DNA of 64,000 nucleotides from Macrostomum lignano (lineage: Eukaryota): assembly GCA_002269645.1 (NCBI GenBank), contig NIVC01003751.1, positions 1 through 64,000 of the forward strand. Reading direction: 5' to 3'. Under the pieces are notes generated by a model that saw only the letters and a program-made list of their open reading frames with translations, was not told the DNA's origin and did not search any database. The translations under genes were made by a program, and so were the position numbers. Numbering within the stretch: the stretch's first letter is position 1; every line of letters starts with the position of its first letter. Positions 60,100 through 64,000 of the stretch are shown here, piece after piece.

Positions 60100-61000
60100 G
60101 ATTTTTTGTAAAGGTAAGCATTTTTGTAGTATTTAATATGGTGCTGGTTGTCTAGCTTTCGGCTTACTTCCCTTTCTCTGTGTATGTGCAGGTGCTTCTT
60201 CATGAGAAATTTCTCATCGTTAAAGCTTAATTGGGGGGTTTTATCTTTGTATAGTGTCTCGAGGTCTATACTTTTCAGTTTCTGTTGTACGTTTGTTACC
60301 CATAGGTTATTTTCGGTGGTACTTGAGTGAAAAATTTCAAGTATTGTTTGACAGTTTTTTGTGTCTGATTTTTAGCCAGTAGGTAAGGTAGGATTTTAAT
60401 TGTGATCTGTTGAATGGGATGGGATGAGGGTTGGGATGAGCTTGAGTTCGGATGATATCAAACTGTTGCTTGCATATTTTGGTAGGTTAAGAAGGTATTT
60501 GTAGAACTTTAATTGAATGCTATCAATAGCATTTGTGTCAAAAGGGTCACAAGGGGTCCTTTAGCCAGAGGTCCCCAATGTTCACAACCATAGGTGATAG
60601 CAGGAGATACTACAAGGGCATCTCAAATAGTTTGCGTATGAGAGTGATATCCAGGGACGTATTCTTTACTTTATAGAGCAGGGAAAACATACCTGTGTAA
60701 CCCTGATTAGTCTGGTGCTTAATACATTTTTTGAAGCTGTTTCTTGGTTCAAAAATAACTCCCATGTATTTAAATTCATCAACTTTTCTTGATGGTCATA
60801 GTATAATTTGCTATCAGAATTATCGATTTTGGTCTTCTGACTGGTGCAGCCTTGCATGAATTTCGTTTTGCTTGCATTTACTTTCAAGTAGTTTTGTTTG
60901 CAGTAATTTTTCGTGCTATTAACAGTACTATGCTTTTTCAAAAGTACCAGCTGTACCATGCATTACTCAATTTGTGTTGATTTTTTGACAGTGTGAGGTC
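60100..61000 (-). mobile_element. Degenerate LINE (CR1/L2-like) ORF2 3' fragment
   Basis: YCKQNYLKVNASKTKFM, then frameshifted VDEFKYMGVIF and IQLKFYKYLLNLPKYASN..SEL. Confidence 0.75.
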
Positions 61001-62299
61001 GCCAGTCTTGTTTATCAACTATCTCGTTTGGTAAGATTTAAAGTTTTAATTTTTTAGACATTATATATATCAATTATTTTCCTTCTTTGTTTTTGTTTAT
61101 CTACAGAAAATTATTTCGATTTAATTTGCTTTTTTTCAAATTCAAACACTAATTAAATGATTTATTCGATGCTTGGCGGGCGGCGCGCGCGCGGTGCGCG
61201 GGCGGGCCCTGCCCCTAAGTGCTGGCCATTCTGCTAGCTGCCCATGCAAGTTCAAATGATGTATACAAATACTATAATAGGTTGGCAGACTTACGAAACT
61301 GTACTGCGTTAATTAACAATAGTTATTAATATTAATAAGTAGATTAGGCCTACTGATTAATACTTCAATAGAATAAATTATATCTTATTGTTGTAATATT
61401 ATCATTATTATAACATTAAATAATAATTAACAAGAGCCCCATTATGATAGTCTAAATGATATTATATTGTTTATATCAAATAAGCCAATTACAATTTCAT
61501 CAGGTAATCTGACTAATAAAATAATGGCCTACACCTAGCTATGAAGCAGTGAAGAAAACAGTGAAATGTAATAATATGATGATAATTATACTGGACTTGT
61601 TACTATTGTAGTATTATCTAGTTTAACATAGGCCCTAATGCTTAAAGGTCACTGAAGTAGGCCTATTAAATTCTTGATCAAACCATTATAGATCCAATAA
61701 ACATGATTAAAAAGTCTAACTAAGAAAAATATAGAAGGACCTGCTTTGGTAAACAATAGCTAAAACAGTTTTAATTTAGGCCTAGTCCTTATTTTGTCTT
61801 AGTCCTATGATAATGCCTCCTATTTTATTGTTTCCATTAGGCCCTATTTAAAAATGATATAACTCTAATATATATTTATTAATTTTTAACTAAAGAGTCT
61901 AGGTGGTGCATGACCAAGATGGCCACATACTAAGATAGCCACAGCTCTGAATGGCTGCTTGGATAGGAATAGGTCTATATATTTCCTCATTTCCTATTGG
62001 CTATAATTGGGGTAGGGTATGACCTAGCTTCAAGTCTCAGAGAAGACAGGTTTCATTAGGCCTAGTGAAATTAGATTAGTAAAACAAAAAAATAGGCCCT
62101 ATTTCCCTTTATAGTAGGTATTACTACCTACTAAAGCTAGTAGCACTACTAGCACAAGACATTTGATTTTTGTATCATGGATAATAGTTTCAAACCTATC
62201 AATATATTAAAACTGACATATTTGTATATGTTAAAAGTTAAAGATGGAAGGTAAAGGTATTAATTATGATAGAAGTAAGCAAAAATTGGAGTGCCCTCT

Positions 62300-62760
62300 T
62301 GTCTCTCATCTTTTCTCTCATCTCTTATCTTTTTTCTCTCATCTCTGCTTTCTCATCTCTAATCTTTCTCTTTTATCTCTGCCTTCTCCTATATCATTTT
62401 TCTCTCTCTCATCTCTGCCCTCTCCTCTCATCTGTTTTCTCTCATCTCTGCCCTCTCCTCTTATCTGCTTTCTTTCTCATCTCTGCCCTCTTGTCTCTTT
62501 TTTCTCTTATCTCTGCCCTCTCCTCTTTCCTCTCCCCACCTCTTTCCTCTCCTCTCTCCTCATCTCTTTCCTCTTATCTCCCTTTTCTTCTTCATTCTCT
62601 TCTCCCTTCCCTCCTCTCTCCTCTCCATTAATCTCCTTTCTCCTCTCTTTCTGCTCATATTTAATCTCTCCTCTCATCAACTCTCTTCTCCTTTATTCCT
62701 TCGTCTCTCTTTTATCCTATGCTTATATTTCTCTATTCCTTACCCTCTCTCCTCACCTCT
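62300..62760. repeat. CT-rich low-complexity tract
   Basis: Degenerate pyrimidine repeat; similar tracts at 51525-51665 and 59370-59440. Confidence 0.9.
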
Positions 62761-64000
62761 GGCCTGCTGTCATCAAGACTCCTTGCTTCGCTTAGGGGCC
62801 CAACAAAGCAGACCCAGAAGGGCAGTCATGAGCTGGGTTCTCAATTGAGTTAAAAAGTTTGCTGACCCCTGCACTAAAAGCACCTAGCTTAGTCACATTA
62901 GATAAAAACTATAGTGGAATAGGGTTGAAAACAATGTGAACTATTGTATGTCCACATACACAATTAAGGTTGATGGCACCTATACAACCAAGCGGTGACA
63001 GGGGCAGAGAAAGAAGAAAGGAATAAGGCTCTTGAGGAAGGGAGCAAGCAATGTGAAAACCCCTATTGCCCACTGGCCATTTTACATTCTTTATTCTTAC
63101 ATTTACATTGACCTCTAGGATGTGGATAACAATGGTGCCCTCTTGCTTTAGCTTGTACCCTTAGCTCCTAAGTTTCAACTTCGATGGCAGTGTCACTCCT
63201 AGGCAGTGCTTTCTAGCTAACACTCATGCCATTAAAGATTATAGGACTGAGAAAGTTTATTTATTAGGAGTTAGTCTCCCATTCGATCCCCACTAAGTGG
63301 CAAAATGGTAGTCAGCCTGTGATTGCTTAATCCCCTCCCAGTTAGTATATTGAAAGTTTGCTTGTGTTGCCCCATTGGATACCACTTTTCACTTATTTAC
63401 GTATGCTTTCTATTATATTCAATCTATGTTGTGATTCTGTGCTTGCATGGCAATGTTTAAATATTTAAGATTTGAGCTAAAAAATTAGGCTTGTATGGTA
63501 TGCATTTATTCCCTATAAGTCAATATTATCTTAGAAACTAGAAAATTTTCTATAGGTCTGTTCTGTAGGAAGTCCTGCCCCACTGTTTAAGTCTGGGACT
63601 GTTAAAATTAGCACATTTCAGTTTGATTTCTTGTGTTTGTTTGCACCTCGTAGGTCAGTGCAAAATTCTCTCTATTCTCTTTCCTCTATTGTCTCGACCC
63701 TCTTTCCTATTATTTATTTCTTGTCTTAGTCTCGTATACTACATACTGCACAGGTCTTTTCCGTGACTGCATCCTGCACCTGTAAGAATCTCAAAGGGCT
63801 GGGAAGGTGGGCTGCAGGGCGGTGCAAGCAGTGTTGAGAGCAGGGGGTCCTGCAATTTTTCGTGCCTGGGGTAAATTTTCGCGCCTATGAGTATGCCTAG
63901 GGGCGTAGTCTATTGAAAACAACAGGTAAATCCTGGTAGTGTTCAAATTTTAGCCCTTAAAAGTATTTTCAGTGCCTAAGTTCCTGTACTAATTTCTGTA

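Noticed and set aside
62244-62795. 183-aa hydrophobic L/S/F ORF (also 51475-51690, 59269-59490)
   Set aside because: Product of CT-rich low complexity, not a membrane protein

Overview
Eukaryotic (animal) genomic DNA, not prokaryotic: it has spliceosomal GT-AG introns, SINE/LINE/LTR elements and many tandem arrays. The style is compatible with a flatworm such as Macrostomum, but that is inference only. (1) A KCNQ/Kv7 potassium-channel gene lies on the minus strand (~1343-24903, 14 exon positions rebuilt with consistent phases). It has two equal-length 111-nt pore/S6 exons, one with the canonical TVGYGD filter and one with TVGYGH. This looks like a mutually exclusive pore cassette and is the top finding. 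The channel also has a ~30-aa Cys-bracketed S1-S2 insertion, and a probable spliced antisense gene sits in the neighbouring intron. (2) A very young 10.2-kb Ty3/Gypsy LTR retrotransposon (31589-41753, minus) has a 4-bp TSD, tRNA-Leu PBS, PPT, a GGGAAAC -1 frameshift signal and an extra ORF after integrase. (3) There are three small single-pass membrane-protein genes: a Shisa-like PPxY protein, a probable truncated paralogue and a Cys-rich microprotein. (4) LINE, SINE and MITE fragments and more than 12 mini/microsatellites are present, including a telomere-like G4 25-mer array. Repeated single-base frameshifts in both KCNQ and the retrotransposon suggest assembly indel errors. All coordinates were read by hand and no database searches were run.
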